This document shows, in pieces, positions 62,189 to 64,000 of a stretch of 64,000 nucleotides of DNA. The position numbers were made by a program, and so were the translations under genes. The notes beneath the pieces are model-generated. The model saw nothing but the letters and a program-made list of their open reading frames with translations. It did no database searches and was not told the origin of the DNA. The DNA comes from Vicugna vicugna. Taxonomy: Eukaryota. Each line of letters opens with the position of its first letter. The stretch's first letter is position 1. The stretch is taken from assembly GCA_013265495.1 (NCBI GenBank), contig MU058687.1, positions 372,001 to 436,000 of the forward strand. Direction: 5' to 3'.

Positions 62189-62671
62189 TGTTACGGAAAC
62201 GACAGGCCAGCCAAGAAACAAGCACCACTCGGAGTGTTGGAGTACTCAAATGTATTACGCTGGTGGGCTCAGAGGGGCTTCTGCTCCGAAGCTCTGAGCA
62301 CCTCCAAGACGTGCGCATGAGGTTTTATAGGGTAAAGTACAAGCTTGGGATATTTGGCCAATAGGCATGGAACAGCTTTAGCAGCATCATTATTACAAAA
62401 ATGGAGGCAGGGAGGCAGCAAACCAACATTCCAAAGCCAGATATATCTCTTTGAAAATCCAGCTGGCTAGCAAAAAAAACATGAACAGCAAACCAACACT
62501 AATTAACTTAGATTTACAAGTTAGTCCAGCAAGATTTACAAGCCAGCAGAACTCAGATCAGTATTCCGATACTTAGATTTGTGAGTTATCCTGCTAGCCC
62601 AGCCCAGCCTCTCCTTCACATTGCTAGACTTGTGAGTTATCTTGTTAGACCAGCCCAGCTTTTCCTTCACA
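62189..62671 (-). mobile_element. Solo ERV LTR (483 bp) in BBOF1 intron 2
   Basis: TG...CA termini, 4-bp TSD GTTT, minus-strand CTATAAAA at 62330-62323, internal ~45-bp duplication, retained CpGs. Confidence 0.78.
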
Positions 62672-64000
62672 GTTTTATATTTTACGTTAGTAGTGTCATA
62701 TTGTATATATCTTTTGCAACTTGTTTTTTAATACAACGTTATTTTTTGTGGTATACTTATAAAAATCACATGATTCAGTTTATTTTACAAAAATTTATAA
62801 TGAGCATGCTTTATTTTTTCATTCATTCTTAGCTACCTTATAATATTCCATCAAATAAATAAACCAAAATGTTGTTCACATAACCCTGTGGGTTAATCAG
62901 ACTCCATTTTTTCATTATTACAAGTAGACCTTCAGTAAATATTCTTGGGTATGTCTGCTTGTGCCCATGTTTGAGAGTTTCTCTAGAGTAGACACTTAGA
63001 AGTTAAATTACTGTATTATGAGGTATGCATAGTTTCAACCTCACAAGGGTTTAAATTGAAGTCCAAAGGGGTATACCAGTCTATACTGTCACAAGCAATG
63101 TATTACATTGAGTTCCTGTTTGTCTACATTTCTGTGAAAACTTGATATCGTACTTAGTAACTTTTGCTCAGTTTTATGGGTGGAAATTGGAAGGCAGCTA
63201 TGCTTACCACTATACCACCAACACTGCACTATGGGTGGAAATTGGTATGTGGTTTTAATTTGTATCTTCCTGATTATTAGTCACTTGAGCATCTTTTATA
63301 TGTTCCTTCACCCATTTTTAAAATTTTTTTTAAATGTTTGCTTCAGTACACATATTGGAGTGATGCAAAGCATGGCTTCTACGTAAGGATGACATGCAAA
63401 TTCATGAATCATTCCATAATTTGTTTCAAATGCCACATTTTCGAGGAGACCCTTCCTCACTACCCTCTTTAAAATTAAAACCATCTCCCTTGTCTTATTT
63501 TCTTCATAATATTTATTAACTTCTGTCATACTATATGCATGTTACTTATGTATTTGTTTATTTTCTCTTCTCCTGATTAGAATGAAACCTCATAGAAGTA
63601 AAGAATTTGGGAGCCTTTTTAAATTGTTGAATGTTATATCTCCAGCACCTTATTATGGGCTTGGCACATAGTAGACACTCATTAAAATATTTCTGCATAC
63701 ATGAATGAGTGACTTGTGACTGCACAGATGCTTTGAAAAAGTTAATAGCAATCAAAACAAGTACAAGATGATATTGGAAGCATATTAGAGAAATCAGACA
63801 ACTGAACATTAGTGTGGATTTTCTGTGTCTTATTAAATAAAGTGTAATTTTTTGTGCATTTTTTAACCTTCTTTCCAAGGCAACTGCCATTTTAAAAATT
63901 ACTCTGAATAGTAGGCATTATCAAAATTGTCTGCTATAAAATATTATTCTAAAGTAAGCCTTTAGTCCAATTATACAAATAATTTTCAAGATTCATTACA

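Overview
Mammalian genomic DNA, most likely camelid (inferred from tRNA-Ala-derived vic-1-type SINEs), syntenic to human 14q24.3. It holds four spliced genes. FAM161B (minus strand) is complete with 9 coding exons and 637 aa. COQ6 (plus) is complete with 12 exons and 469 aa. ENTPD5 (minus) is complete with 13 coding exons and 428 aa, plus three 5' leader exons. BBOF1/CCDC176 (plus) is present as its first two exons only. All exon chains were walked by hand and keep frame. The genes form two head-to-head CpG-rich promoters (FAM161B/COQ6 and ENTPD5/BBOF1) joined by a tail-to-tail COQ6/ENTPD5 junction. Introns carry L1, L2, DNA-transposon relics, two solo LTRs and five SINE copies. The most interesting observation is that the nominally non-coding ENTPD5 leader exons splice into an uninterrupted frame from the first AUG into the main CDS. 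This predicts a 63-aa basic N-terminal extension that a tandem donor and a cassette exon could switch off. No prokaryote-type systems were seen. Cross-species comparisons come from recalled human sequences and need checking by alignment.
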